Positions 16,377-24,000 of a DNA stretch of 24,000 nt are shown one piece after another. Position 1 is the stretch's first letter, and the number at the start of each line of letters is the position of its first letter. A program made the translations under genes and the position numbers. The notes beneath the pieces were generated by a model. That model searched no databases, had not been told where the DNA came from, and saw only the letters and a program-made list of their open reading frames with translations. The DNA lies in contig NZ_NOXS01000033.1 of the NCBI RefSeq assembly GCF_002251735.1, positions 74,040-98,039 of the forward strand, read 5' to 3'. The DNA comes from Elstera cyanobacteriorum (GTDB lineage: Bacteria > Pseudomonadota > Alphaproteobacteria > Elsterales > Elsteraceae).

Positions 16377-17942
16377 ATGGCCTTTCTCTCCCCCTCCTGG
16401 CCCCGCGCGGCCCGCATTCTCGCCCTGATGCTGATTGCGGTGGCGGGGGTGCTGGCTTTCCGACCCGATGCCGTGGTTTTCACGACGCCGCTGACCGAGG
16501 ACGCTTATTACAGCCTGTCCGCCGCCCGCAATATCGCAGCGGGGCGCGGTGTGACGATTGACGGCAGCCTGCCGACCAATGGGTTTCAGCCGCTGTTTAC
16601 CTTCCTCGAAGCCGGGGCGTTCGCCCTTGCAGGCGGGAATGAGACACTGGCGATCCGCTTTACCCTCGGTCTCTCTTGGGTGATCTGGCTGGCGACGGCC
16701 CTCACCCTCGGGCGCATCGCGGTTGATGGCGCGAGCGGTTCGGCAGCGGAGAAGAGCGCGCGCGGCTGGCTGGCCACCCTGCTGTATCTCGCCGGGTTCC
16801 TGACCTTCATGCACCACTTCAACGGGCTGGAAACCGGCCTGCTGATGCTGGGCTATGCCATCCTGTGGCGGGCGTGGCAGGCGGGGGTTTACGAGCAGCG
16901 CGGCGGGCCGCTCAAAATCGGCTTGCTGCTGGGGCTGCTGGTGCTCACCCGCATCGACGCTGCCATTTTCACGGCACTCTTCGGCCTTTGGTTGCTGGTC
17001 CGCGAAACCCGGCGCTTTGGGCTGGTTGCCGCGTTGACGCGCACCGTGCCGATGGGGCTGGCGGCGCTGGCTATTTCGTCCCCCTGGTGGGCCTATAATT
17101 ATCTGGAATTCGGTAGTTTCATGCCGACCAGCGGCACGGCGCAGCAGGAATGGGCGGTGGATGAGCGGCGCCTGCGCTGGATCTTTTGGGCCTTGGGCGT
17201 CGCCGGGCTGCCGCAGCTTTGGCTTGGGCAGTTGGATGAGATGTTCGGCGATGGGATCGTTTTGTCGATCCTGCGGGCCGGGGTTGGCGGCGGCTTGCTG
17301 TGGGGCTTCTGGCGGGCGGTGAAAACCCGCAAACCGCTCGCGGCCAAGGATGCCGCCCAACGCCGCACCTGGGAATTCGCCGCCTTGCTGGCCGCCGCCC
17401 TGACCGTCCTCTGCCTCTATTACGGCTTCAGCTTCATCGCCTATTGGTTCTACTACCGCTATCTCTTCTTCTTCGTCCTGCTCGCGACCCTGGGCATCGC
17501 CTGGCTGCTGGCGCCCTGGGTGGCGGCGGATACCCGGCGCGGAAAACTCGCCGCGCTCGGCCTGTGGGTGCTGGCCGCGCCGACGCTGGCCTCCGCCCTC
17601 CTCGCGCAGACCGGCAAGACCCTGCACGTCGAAACCGTCTATTTCGAACAATTGGCGCTGATTAAGGAACATGTTCCCGACGATGCCCGCGTCGCCGCTG
17701 GACAGTCGGGTACGCTGGGTTACTTCCGCCCCAACTCAGTGAATGTGGACGGCAAGGTCAACCGTACCGCCGTTCCTTACCAAACCCACATGTGGGATTA
17801 CCTGCGCGAGAATAAGATCGTCTGGTTCTGCGACTGGCCGAACTATGTGGAAAAATACCTCGGCCCCGATCCAGCAAAGCATGGTTGGAAGCTGGTGGCG
17901 GAAAAAGGATTCTGGCGGCTGTGGAGGTACGAGGGAGCGTGA
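16377..17942 (+). CDS. Polytopic membrane protein, ArnT/PMT-like GT-C-fold glycosyltransferase (family 39/83-like)
   Basis: 521 aa with roughly 11-13 hydrophobic segments. The first periplasmic loop carries TEDAYYSLSAARNIAAG, which resembles the DE..Y.e.Are motif of ArnT/PMT enzymes. A C-terminal ~110-aa soluble domain follows. Family assignment is by eye only. Confidence 0.55.
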   Translation: MAFLSPSWPRAARILALMLIAVAGVLAFRPDAVVFTTPLTEDAYYSLSAARNIAAGRGVTIDGSLPTNGFQPLFTFLEAGAFALAGGNETLAIRFTLGLSWVIWLATALTLGRIAVDGASGSAAEKSARGWLATLLYLAGFLTFMHHFNGLETGLLMLGYAILWRAWQAGVYEQRGGPLKIGLLLGLLVLTRIDAAIFTALFGLWLLVRETRRFGLVAALTRTVPMGLAALAISSPWWAYNYLEFGSFMPTSGTAQQEWAVDERRLRWIFWALGVAGLPQLWLGQLDEMFGDGIVLSILRAGVGGGLLWGFWRAVKTRKPLAAKDAAQRRTWEFAALLAAALTVLCLYYGFSFIAYWFYYRYLFFFVLLATLGIAWLLAPWVAADTRRGKLAALGLWVLAAPTLASALLAQTGKTLHVETVYFEQLALIKEHVPDDARVAAGQSGTLGYFRPNSVNVDGKVNRTAVPYQTHMWDYLRENKIVWFCDWPNYVEKYLGPDPAKHGWKLVAEKGFWRLWRYEGA

Positions 17943-17945
17943 TAC

Positions 17946-17992
17946 TCGGGGACGCCGTCCCCGAACCCCAGGCCAAGGGGCGAGTCCCTTGG
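17946..17992 (+). other. Two stem-loops directly after the glycosyltransferase stop
   Basis: TCGGGGAC-gcc-GTCCCCGA (17946-17964, 8-bp stem) and CCAAGGG-gcgagt-CCCTTGG (17973-17992, 7-bp stem). Neither is followed by a U-run. Confidence 0.4.
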
Positions 17993-18048
17993 CGATCCCA
18001 TTCCTTAAAGGCGCTAGCCCGTATATTGCTGGGCAGTGTTTCCGCGCA

Positions 18049-18081
18049 TAAAAAAACGCCCCGAGTGTCCTCGGAGCGTTC
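18049..18081 (-). terminator. Rho-independent terminator of pnp
   Basis: The minus strand reads AACGCTCCGAG-gaca-CTCGGGGCGTT (one mismatch) followed by TTTTTTTAT, from the A7 run on the plus strand at 18050-18056. Confidence 0.8.
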
Positions 18082-18099
18082 TTAAGAACATCGGGATTG

Positions 18100-18148
18100 T
18101 TAAGGGGCCGCAGCCCCTTAAGCGGAGTGCAGAGGCAGCGCCTCTGCA
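18100..18148 (-). other. Two perfect 9-bp stem-loops between the pnp stop and its terminator
   Basis: TTAAGGGGC-cgca-GCCCCTTAA (18100-18121) and TGCAGAGGC-agc-GCCTCTGCA (18128-18148). Both lie inside the pnp 3' UTR. Confidence 0.5.
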
Positions 18149-18171
18149 TCCCTATCCCAGACAGCCGAAGC

Positions 18172-20298
18172 TTACGCCTCTGCCGGCGCGTCCTTCTTGC
18201 TCAGGTCTTCGCCCGTTTCCTGGTCGACAACCTTCATCGACAGGCGGATCTTGCCGCGATCGTCGAAGCCGAGGCACTTCACCTTCACGGCATCGCCGAC
18301 CTTCACCACGTCTTCGGTCTTGGCGACGCGCTTCGGCGCCAGTTCCGAGATGTGGACGAGGCCGTCGCGGCTGCCGAGGAAGTTGACGAAGGCGCCGAAA
18401 TCGACGGTCTTCACCACCTTACCCGTGTAGATCACGCCGACTTCCGGTTCCGCGACGATGCCTTTGATCCAGTCGATGGCGGCTTGCGCCTTCGTGGTAT
18501 CGGTGGCGGCGACCTTAATGGTGCCATCGTCCTCGATGTCGATCTTGGTGCCGGTGGTTTCGGTGATCTCGCGGATGACCTTACCGCCGGAGCCGATGAC
18601 TTCGCGGATCTTATCCTTCGGGATCTGGAAGGTGGTGACGCGCGGGGCGTTGCTGGACACCTGACCGCGCGGAGCCGACAGACCCTTGGCCATTTCGCCC
18701 AGGATGTGCAGACGGCCGGCTTTCGCCTGTTCCAGCGCGATCTTCATGATCTCGCGGGTGATCGAGGTGATCTTAATGTCCATCTGCAAAGCGGTGATGC
18801 CGCTTTCCGTCCCGGCGACCTTGAAGTCCATATCGCCCAGGTGATCTTCATCGCCCAGAATGTCCGACAGAACGGCGAATTGGTCGCCTTCCTTGATCAG
18901 ACCCATGGCGATCCCGGCGACCGGGCGCAGCAGCGGCACGCCCGCATCCATCATCGACAGCGAAGCGCCGCAGACGGAAGCCATCGACGAGGAGCCGTTG
19001 GATTCGGTGATTTCCGACACGACGCGGATCGTGTACGGGAACTTTTCCTTCTCCGGCAGCACCGGATGCACCGCGCGCCAGGCAAGCTTGCCGTGGCCGA
19101 TTTCGCGGCGACCCGGCGAGCCCATGCGGCCCGCTTCCCCGACCGAATACGGCGGGAAATTATAGTGCAGCATGAAGTTTTCGCGGTATTCGCCGTCCAG
19201 CGCGTCGATGATCTGTTCATCCTGGCCGGTGCCGAGCGTGGCGACGACGAGGGCCTGGGTTTCCCCACGGGTGAACAGGGTCGAACCGTGGGCGCGCGGC
19301 AGCACGCCGACTTCGGCGACGATCGGGCGAACGGTCACAAGGTCGCGGCCGTCGATGCGGCGCTTCGTGGACAGGATATTGCCGCGAACGATGTCCGCTT
19401 CCAGATCCTTGAACTTCGCGGCGACGAGATCGGCGGCGAAGCCTTCTTCGACCAGCTTGGTGACGGCTTCGGCCTTAGCGGCACCGACCTTTTCGTAGCG
19501 CACCTGCTTCTGCACTTCCGAATAGGCGGCGGTCAGCGCGGTGGCGGCAACTTCCTTCAGGCGCTTGGCCACGGCGGTTTCGGCTTCCGGCGGGGCCGGC
19601 AGGTCGAAGGGTTCCTTGGCGGCGGCATTGGCGAGGTCGATGATCGCATCGATCACCGGCTGGAAGCTATCGTGACCAAAGGCCACGGCGCCCAGCATAA
19701 TTTCTTCGGAAAGCTCCTTGGCTTCCGATTCGACCATCAGCACGCCATCGTTGGTCCCGGCGACCACGAGGTCGAGCGCGCTTTCCTTCACCTGGGCGGG
19801 GGTCGGGTTCAGCACGTATTCGCCATTGATATAGGCAACGCGCGCCGCGCCGATCGGGCCAAGGAAGGGGGCGCCCGAAATCGTGAGAGCGGCGGACGCG
19901 CCGACCATCGACACGATATCGGGATCATTTTCCATATCGTGGCTTAGCACAGTGCAGATCACCTGGGTCTCATTGCGGAACCCATCGGCGAACAGCGGGC
20001 GGATCGGACGATCCACCAGGCGCGACACCAGCGTTTCCTTTTCGGACGGGCGGCCTTCGCGCTTAAAGAAGCCGCCCGGAATCTTACCGGCGGCGAAGGT
20101 CTTTTCCTGGTAGTTCACCGTCAGCGGGAAGAAGTCCACGCCCGGCTTCGCGGCTTTGGCATAGACCACGGTGCAGAGCACGGTGGTTTCGCCATAGGTG
20201 GCCAGCACGGCGCCATCGGCCTGGCGGGCGATGCGGCCCGTCTCCAGCGTCAGGGTGCGACCGCCCCATTGAATTTCTTTCTTGAACACATTGAACAT
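18172..20298 (-). CDS. pnp: Polyribonucleotide nucleotidyltransferase (PNPase)
   Basis: [31 protein letters not shown].. shows two RNase PH-like domains, then KH ([15 protein letters not shown]) and S1 ([29 protein letters not shown]) domains. Start at ATG 20298 with RBS GGAAGGA. Confidence 0.97.
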   Translation of the reverse strand: MFNVFKKEIQWGGRTLTLETGRIARQADGAVLATYGETTVLCTVVYAKAAKPGVDFFPLTVNYQEKTFAAGKIPGGFFKREGRPSEKETLVSRLVDRPIRPLFADGFRNETQVICTVLSHDMENDPDIVSMVGASAALTISGAPFLGPIGAARVAYINGEYVLNPTPAQVKESALDLVVAGTNDGVLMVESEAKELSEEIMLGAVAFGHDSFQPVIDAIIDLANAAAKEPFDLPAPPEAETAVAKRLKEVAATALTAAYSEVQKQVRYEKVGAAKAEAVTKLVEEGFAADLVAAKFKDLEADIVRGNILSTKRRIDGRDLVTVRPIVAEVGVLPRAHGSTLFTRGETQALVVATLGTGQDEQIIDALDGEYRENFMLHYNFPPYSVGEAGRMGSPGRREIGHGKLAWRAVHPVLPEKEKFPYTIRVVSEITESNGSSSMASVCGASLSMMDAGVPLLRPVAGIAMGLIKEGDQFAVLSDILGDEDHLGDMDFKVAGTESGITALQMDIKITSITREIMKIALEQAKAGRLHILGEMAKGLSAPRGQVSSNAPRVTTFQIPKDKIREVIGSGGKVIREITETTGTKIDIEDDGTIKVAATDTTKAQAAIDWIKGIVAEPEVGVIYTGKVVKTVDFGAFVNFLGSRDGLVHISELAPKRVAKTEDVVKVGDAVKVKCLGFDDRGKIRLSMKVVDQETGEDLSKKDAPAEA

Positions 20299-20450
20299 CG
20301 TCGTTCCTTCCATCGTTCGTGCGTCGGGGGTGCTTTCACCATCGCCGCCGCGCGGGCTGGGTTTCCCTCAGGATGCAGCCCGCCCCACCCTGCGCCGGAC
20401 CTGTCGAAAATCAGGCTTTCGATCCGGCTGTACCGCGCTGACTGTAGCGC
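20299..20450 (-). promoter_or_regulatory. pnp 5' leader (structured; possible autoregulatory / RNase-processing region)
   Basis: About 150 nt of non-coding sequence lies between the rpsO terminator and the pnp RBS. It contains several short stems, for example CGGGCTG..CAGCCCG, TCGAAA..TTTCGA and GCGCT..AGCGC. The function is proposed by analogy to the E. coli rpsO-pnp leader. Confidence 0.35.
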
Positions 20451-20490
20451 AAAAGCAAACGATCCGCCCTTCGGGGCGAAGGGCGGATCG
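20451..20490 (-). terminator. Rho-independent terminator/attenuator after rpsO
   Basis: CGATCCGCCCTTC-ggggc-GAAGGGCGGATCG forms a 13-bp perfect stem (20460-20490). On the minus strand it is followed by TTTGCTTTT. It sits 30 nt after the rpsO stop. Confidence 0.75.
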
Positions 20491-20519
20491 CTTTTAGTCT
20501 GCCATCCCAGGCGGCGCGA

Positions 20520-20789
20520 TTAGCGACGCAGGCCGAGGCGTTGGATCAGGGTCGCATAGCGGCCGTGATCGTTGCGCTTCAGGTAATCCAGCAGGCGGCG
20601 GCGCTGACCGACGAGGACCAGCAGACCGCGACGCGAGTGGAAGTCCTTCTTATGGCCCGACAGATGGTCGGTCAGATTGCGGATGCGTTCCGACAGGATC
20701 GCAACCTGGACTTCCGGCGAACCGGTATCGCCTTGCTTGGTGGCATATTCTTGAATGAGCGCAGTCTTGCGCTCGGCAGTGATCGACAT
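20520..20789 (-). CDS. rpsO: 30S ribosomal protein S15
   Basis: 89 aa: [67 protein letters not shown] is canonical S15. Confidence 0.97.
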   Translation of the reverse strand: MSITAERKTALIQEYATKQGDTGSPEVQVAILSERIRNLTDHLSGHKKDFHSRRGLLVLVGQRRRLLDYLKRNDHGRYATLIQRLGLRR

Positions 20790-20804
20790 CGGGGGCTCCC
20801 AAAA

Positions 20805-21728
20805 TCAGAGGTTGAAAACGCGGCTCGGGCGCAGGTTTTCCCCCTCGCGGTGACAGAGCGCGACCGGAGTTCCCTCCGCAATCGCGACCAATACCGTTTC
20901 CGGGGAGCAATCCACCAAAACGCCCCAGTCGCTCGCGGGGAGCGGCAGGGTTTGTCCATGGCGGAGGCGCTGCGCCGATGCTACCGGAATGGCCAGAGCC
21001 GGGATGTCGTCCAGCACGGTCAGGATCGGTAGCAGTCGATCCGACAGCGGCGGACTATGATCAGATTCCCCGGCTGAATCCAGAAGAATCGCGTCCGCCT
21101 CGCTAAAAACCCCAACTTTCGTGCGCCGTAGGGCCGACAGATGCCCAACAGTGCCCAAAGCCAAGGCAATGTCACGTCCCAAGGAGCGCACATAGGTGCC
21201 TTTGCCGCAATCGACCTCGAACACCGCATGATCGGCGTCAGGCATCTCACGCAGGCGCAGATCGAAAATCTCCACCGGGCGCGCCGCCAGTTCCACCGCT
21301 TCCCCGGCGCGGGCGAGATCATAGGCGCGCTGGCCGTCGATCTTGAGGGCCGAATAGGCGGGCGGCTGCTGAAGGATGGTGCCGAGGAAGCGCGGTAGCA
21401 CCGCATCAATGGCGGCGCGGTCGGGGCGAACGTCGGAGGTGGCGGTAATCTCCCCCTCCGCATCCTCGGTTGACCGGGCGATGCCCCAGCGCAGGGTAAA
21501 GCGGTAGCTTTTGCGCCCGTCCATCACCAGGGAAACCGTCTTGGTCGCCTCGCCGAAGGCCAGCGGTAGGATGCCGGAAGCCAGCGGATCGAGCGTGCCG
21601 CCGTGCCCAACCTTTTCGGCATTCAGCAGGCGCTTGGCTTTGCCGACCACCGCTGCCGAGGTGACGCCGAGCGGCTTATCGACCACCAGCCAGCCGTGGA
21701 TGGGCTGGCCCCGGCGCTTGCGGCTCAT
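20805..21728 (-). CDS. truB: tRNA pseudouridine(55) synthase
   Basis: The TruB catalytic motif is present (HGWLVVDKP.G.TS...V.K.KRL....KVGHGGTLDPLASGILP.AFGEATK), with the PUA-less short alphaproteobacterial form. Confidence 0.95.
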   Translation of the reverse strand: MSRKRRGQPIHGWLVVDKPLGVTSAAVVGKAKRLLNAEKVGHGGTLDPLASGILPLAFGEATKTVSLVMDGRKSYRFTLRWGIARSTEDAEGEITATSDVRPDRAAIDAVLPRFLGTILQQPPAYSALKIDGQRAYDLARAGEAVELAARPVEIFDLRLREMPDADHAVFEVDCGKGTYVRSLGRDIALALGTVGHLSALRRTKVGVFSEADAILLDSAGESDHSPPLSDRLLPILTVLDDIPALAIPVASAQRLRHGQTLPLPASDWGVLVDCSPETVLVAIAEGTPVALCHREGENLRPSRVFNL

Positions 21729-22195
21729 GCCTCCTCGGTGCCTTCATCATCCTGGTGCGCGGCAAGATCGCGCTGCACTTCCGGGCGGTTGAGCAGTGAC
21801 CCGATGCGCGCCGCCTCGCCGAAGGACGTATCCGGCTGGAACGCCAGTTCCGGCACGAATTGCAGGCGCAATTCTTTCGCCATCTGACCGCGCAAATAGG
21901 GCGATGCCCGGCGGCAGGCACGGACCAGCGCCTTTTGCGCCTCCGGCGTATCCTCGCCGCCCAGTTTGATCACGAAGGCGGTGGCGTGGCGCAGGTCGGG
22001 GCTCATGCGCACTTCCGTCACCATCACCGACGCCCCGGCAAGATCGGGATCGCGCAGCCCATCGCGGGTAAAAACCTGGGTGAGCACATGCCGCACCTCT
22101 TCCCCCACGCGCAACTGACGCGGCGACGGCGCCCGGCCTGCGGAGGAGGAAAGTGTACCGGAAGAGGCGGGATGGGACGGGCGGGGCATGGTCAT
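21725..22195 (-). CDS. rbfA: Ribosome-binding factor A
   Basis: SPRQLRVGEEVRHVLTQVF..DL....V.VTEVR.SPDLRHATAFV........AL.....ASPYLRGQ.AKELRL.FVPEL.F..D.SF matches RbfA. An ATGA overlap joins it to truB. Start at ATG 22195 or 22189. The 131-aa upstream extension in the ORF track runs through a promoter and hairpin and is rejected. Confidence 0.85.
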   Translation of the reverse strand: MTMPRPSHPASSGTLSSSAGRAPSPRQLRVGEEVRHVLTQVFTRDGLRDPDLAGASVMVTEVRMSPDLRHATAFVIKLGGEDTPEAQKALVRACRRASPYLRGQMAKELRLQFVPELAFQPDTSFGEAARIGSLLNRPEVQRDLAAHQDDEGTEEA

Positions 22196-22220
22196 TGTCG
22201 CTTCGCTAAAGAGGGCGAGG

Positions 22221-22249
22221 ACAATAGGCATACCGATCATCTCTGTCAA
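22221..22249 (-). promoter_or_regulatory. Near-consensus sigma70-type promoter for rbfA-truB-rpsO-pnp
   Basis: The minus strand reads TTGACA (22249-22244), a 17-nt spacer, then TATTGT (22226-22221). The -10 element is about 25 nt upstream of the rbfA ATG. Confidence 0.5.
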
Positions 22250-22273
22250 TTGACCCCTGACCCGAAAGGCCGG

Positions 22274-22310
22274 GCAGGCGTGCCGCCCCGGTTGGCAGCG
22301 GCACGCCTGC
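22274..22310 (-). terminator. Strong GC-rich hairpin after the beta-helix gene (probable terminator/insulator; no clean U-run)
   Basis: GCAGGCGTGCCGC-N11-GCGGCACGCCTGC forms a 13-bp perfect stem beginning 11 nt after the stop at 22321. On the minus strand it is followed by CCGGCCTTTCGGG. Confidence 0.5.
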
Positions 22311-22320
22311 GACGGAAGGT

Positions 22321-24000
22321 CTACCCGATGAACGTTACGAACAGAACGGTTGCATTGGCGGCGGCGGTGATCTGTGCAATCCCCGTCCCGCCGTTTCGAC
22401 GCAGCTTGATAACTGGCGGTGTCGTGCTTTGGTTCAAGATCATCGGGAACGAACCATTGATCGTGATCGCCGTTTGCCCATTCGCGGCCCATGATAGGGT
22501 TTTTACCGCACCATTGGCGACGACCGAGAAGGTTCCGGTTTCGGTCGTCCCGAGGTTCGCCAAAGCGATGGTCACGTCGAATTGCCACAGGCCGCTATTG
22601 GGAATGCCTGTCGTCAGAATGGTCGCATCGCCGCGCAGAACCTGCGGGTAAGGAACCGTGATTTCCGTCGTGGCCGGTACGTCCAGAACATCGGTGCGGC
22701 GGGCGAAGACGAAGCCGTTATTGACCGGGTTTCCGACCGTCAGCTTGCCCGCCTCGATCATTTGAAAGGCGGCATCGGGATGTGGGGCTTTATTAATCTT
22801 CTTCTGGTTCGGTGCCGTCAGTGTAATCCACAAAGGACTATCGACAGTGATGTTATTGTAAGTTCCAGTATCGCCAAGATAGATACCGTCAAAAGGAATG
22901 CCGCCTTGGGCGTCGGCCCGGAAGGCGCATTGCTGCATATCAATGCTATTGACAGACGCTGATCCCAGTGTTCCGCCAAAAACGACGCCTTTATTGGGAA
23001 TCATCACCTGATTATTTTGGGGATCGAGATGACTTATGAAGCGGCATTGCTCGATAATCCCGTTTGTTAGATACTCTAACCGGATCTGAGCGCCAACATT
23101 ACTGTCGAATTCAATCTTGCGAACCGAGAGATTTTGCGCAGAACTGTTGATGCGGGTAACGCGCAAGCCTGCGGCCAGATCACCGGACGCTCCGGCTCCG
23201 TTGCCGGCAATAATGCCGCCGTCGATGTCGGCGCCTGCCCCAATAAGAACCCCGCCGCCATTTGCCTGAACCTTAGTGTTCTGCCAATAGAGTATAAACC
23301 CTAAACCGCAATATCCGGCGATCCCATACCCACCATTTTGAATGATTTCCGTATCGCGGATATGAACGATACTTTGGATGGCATCGGTCGTACCAATGGC
23401 AAAGATCGAGCTAACCTCGGTCAGCGTACAGGGTTGAGAAATTTTAACCTGAAAATCGCTCACCACCTGCGTCACCAGGGCGCCGATTGGAATGCCCGGG
23501 CCGAAAACCCCGTTGCCCACGACCAGCCGTGTCAAGAACCCGCCCGCCGCCCGGTTAAGCTCGTTACTGCCGGCGGTCTTGCTAACGTCGGTGATCTCCG
23601 TATAGACGGTCGAGACCAGCGGAGATTTAACAGCATCACCGCCGAAATTCTTGATGACGAGATCGCTGAGATACCAATCGAAAGCCCCCGTCAGACTTAG
23701 GGCCGATTGTCCGGGGATATCGGATTTCCCCGTCAGGGTCATGCTGGCAATCGAGCCATTCTTAAGGAAGCGGTACCCGACGGCCTGGGTACAGGTTAGG
23801 AGAGTGCCGGTTCCCCGATAATCGAGAATACTAATGTCCTTGCCCTCGCCAAAAAGCTGCGGGCCGGGGGCGTGATTATTTACAGGGGCAGTGACTGTTA
23901 AGGGGCCGTCGAGACGGAACGTGCCTGCCGGTACAAAGACGGGCCGACCGTTCGCCGCTGCCAGAGCTTGCGTAAAGGCCGTCGTGCTATCGCTGCCGTC
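22321..24000 (-). CDS. Right-handed parallel beta-helix protein (pectate-lyase-superfamily / tailspike- or depolymerase-like); N-terminus outside the window
   Basis: By manual translation, the frame stays open beyond the ORF-track Met (23742) to the window edge. It reads ..DGSDSTTAFTQALAAANGRPVFVPAGTFRLDGPLTV.., the classic N-terminal motif of pectate-lyase-3-type beta-helix proteins. Gly/Asn/Ile-rich coil repeats follow (GGVLIGAGADIDGGIIAGNGAGASG.., NLSVRKIEFDSNVGAQIRLE..) and then a beta-rich C-terminal domain. GC content is about 45-50% in hand-counted 60-nt samples, against about 65-68% in neighbouring genes. Confidence 0.65.
   Translation of the reverse strand, partial: DGSDSTTAFTQALAAANGRPVFVPAGTFRLDGPLTVTAPVNNHAPGPQLFGEGKDISILDYRGTGTLLTCTQAVGYRFLKNGSIASMTLTGKSDIPGQSALSLTGAFDWYLSDLVIKNFGGDAVKSPLVSTVYTEITDVSKTAGSNELNRAAGGFLTRLVVGNGVFGPGIPIGALVTQVVSDFQVKISQPCTLTEVSSIFAIGTTDAIQSIVHIRDTEIIQNGGYGIAGYCGLGFILYWQNTKVQANGGGVLIGAGADIDGGIIAGNGAGASGDLAAGLRVTRINSSAQNLSVRKIEFDSNVGAQIRLEYLTNGIIEQCRFISHLDPQNNQVMIPNKGVVFGGTLGSASVNSIDMQQCAFRADAQGGIPFDGIYLGDTGTYNNITVDSPLWITLTAPNQKKINKAPHPDAAFQMIEAGKLTVGNPVNNGFVFARRTDVLDVPATTEITVPYPQVLRGDATILTTGIPNSGLWQFDVTIALANLGTTETGTFSVVANGAVKTLSWAANGQTAITINGSFPMILNQSTTPPVIKLRRNGGTGIAQITAAANATVLFVTFIG

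Noticed and set aside
16275-17672. 465-aa ORF on the - strand
   Set aside because: It is antisense to the membrane glycosyltransferase gene. The translation is dominated by Q/P/G/R/E runs and is not protein-like. The + strand frame, by contrast, gives coherent transmembrane helices.
18097-19947. 616-aa ORF on the + strand
   Set aside because: It lies entirely antisense to the strongly conserved pnp gene. The translation is Arg/Gly/Asp/Ala-rich, low in complexity and has no recognisable motif. This is the usual antisense open frame of high-GC coding DNA.
22196-22588. Long N-terminal extension of rbfA (287-aa version)
   Set aside because: It would read through the TTGACA/TATTGT promoter and the 13-bp hairpin, and would overlap the beta-helix gene's 3' end. 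RbfA homology starts only after Met at 22195/22189.
1-24000. Scan for tRNA, rRNA, CRISPR arrays, transposases/IS ends, integrases, toxin-antitoxin pairs or known defence genes
   Set aside because: No intergenic region is long enough for, or shows the hallmarks of, a tRNA or rRNA. There are no regularly spaced repeat-spacer arrays. No ORF has transposase, integrase or known defence-system motifs. A by-eye scan cannot exclude small ncRNAs.

Overview
This is a high-GC chromosomal segment, judged by eye at about 60-68% in coding regions. Gene content and synteny look alphaproteobacterial, possibly Rhodospirillales-like, but that is inference only. I can support 24 protein-coding genes, two of them truncated by the window edges. 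I recognised no rRNA, tRNA, CRISPR array or IS/transposase.

Gene order, left to right:
- hisE (partial) and a HIT hydrolase on the + strand.
- A tightly packed minus-strand three-gene operon: hemerythrin-like protein, PNPOx-like split-barrel protein, and a PNPOx-like + GAF + winged-helix-like protein. It sits behind an AT-rich promoter island carrying three phased TGCTAA(G/A) direct repeats.
- A methyl-accepting chemotaxis protein (MCP).
- A De Ley-Doudoroff-type sugar-acid operon (dgoK, dgoA, an IlvD/Edd-family dehydratase, an SMP-30 lactonase) with a divergent GntR/FadR regulator.
- A HIG1-type small membrane protein, a PduO-type adenosyltransferase, etfB, etfA and hbd.
- rmuC with an overlapping small acidic ORF.
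- An ArnT/PMT-like GT-C membrane glycosyltransferase.
- rbfA, truB, rpsO and pnp.
- A markedly lower-GC beta-helix (pectate-lyase-superfamily-like) gene that runs off the right edge.

The best candidate for an undescribed system is the hemerythrin / PNPOx / PNPOx-GAF-wHTH operon together with its pho-box-like repeat array. All domain calls were made by eye from the translations. No HMM or BLAST search was run.
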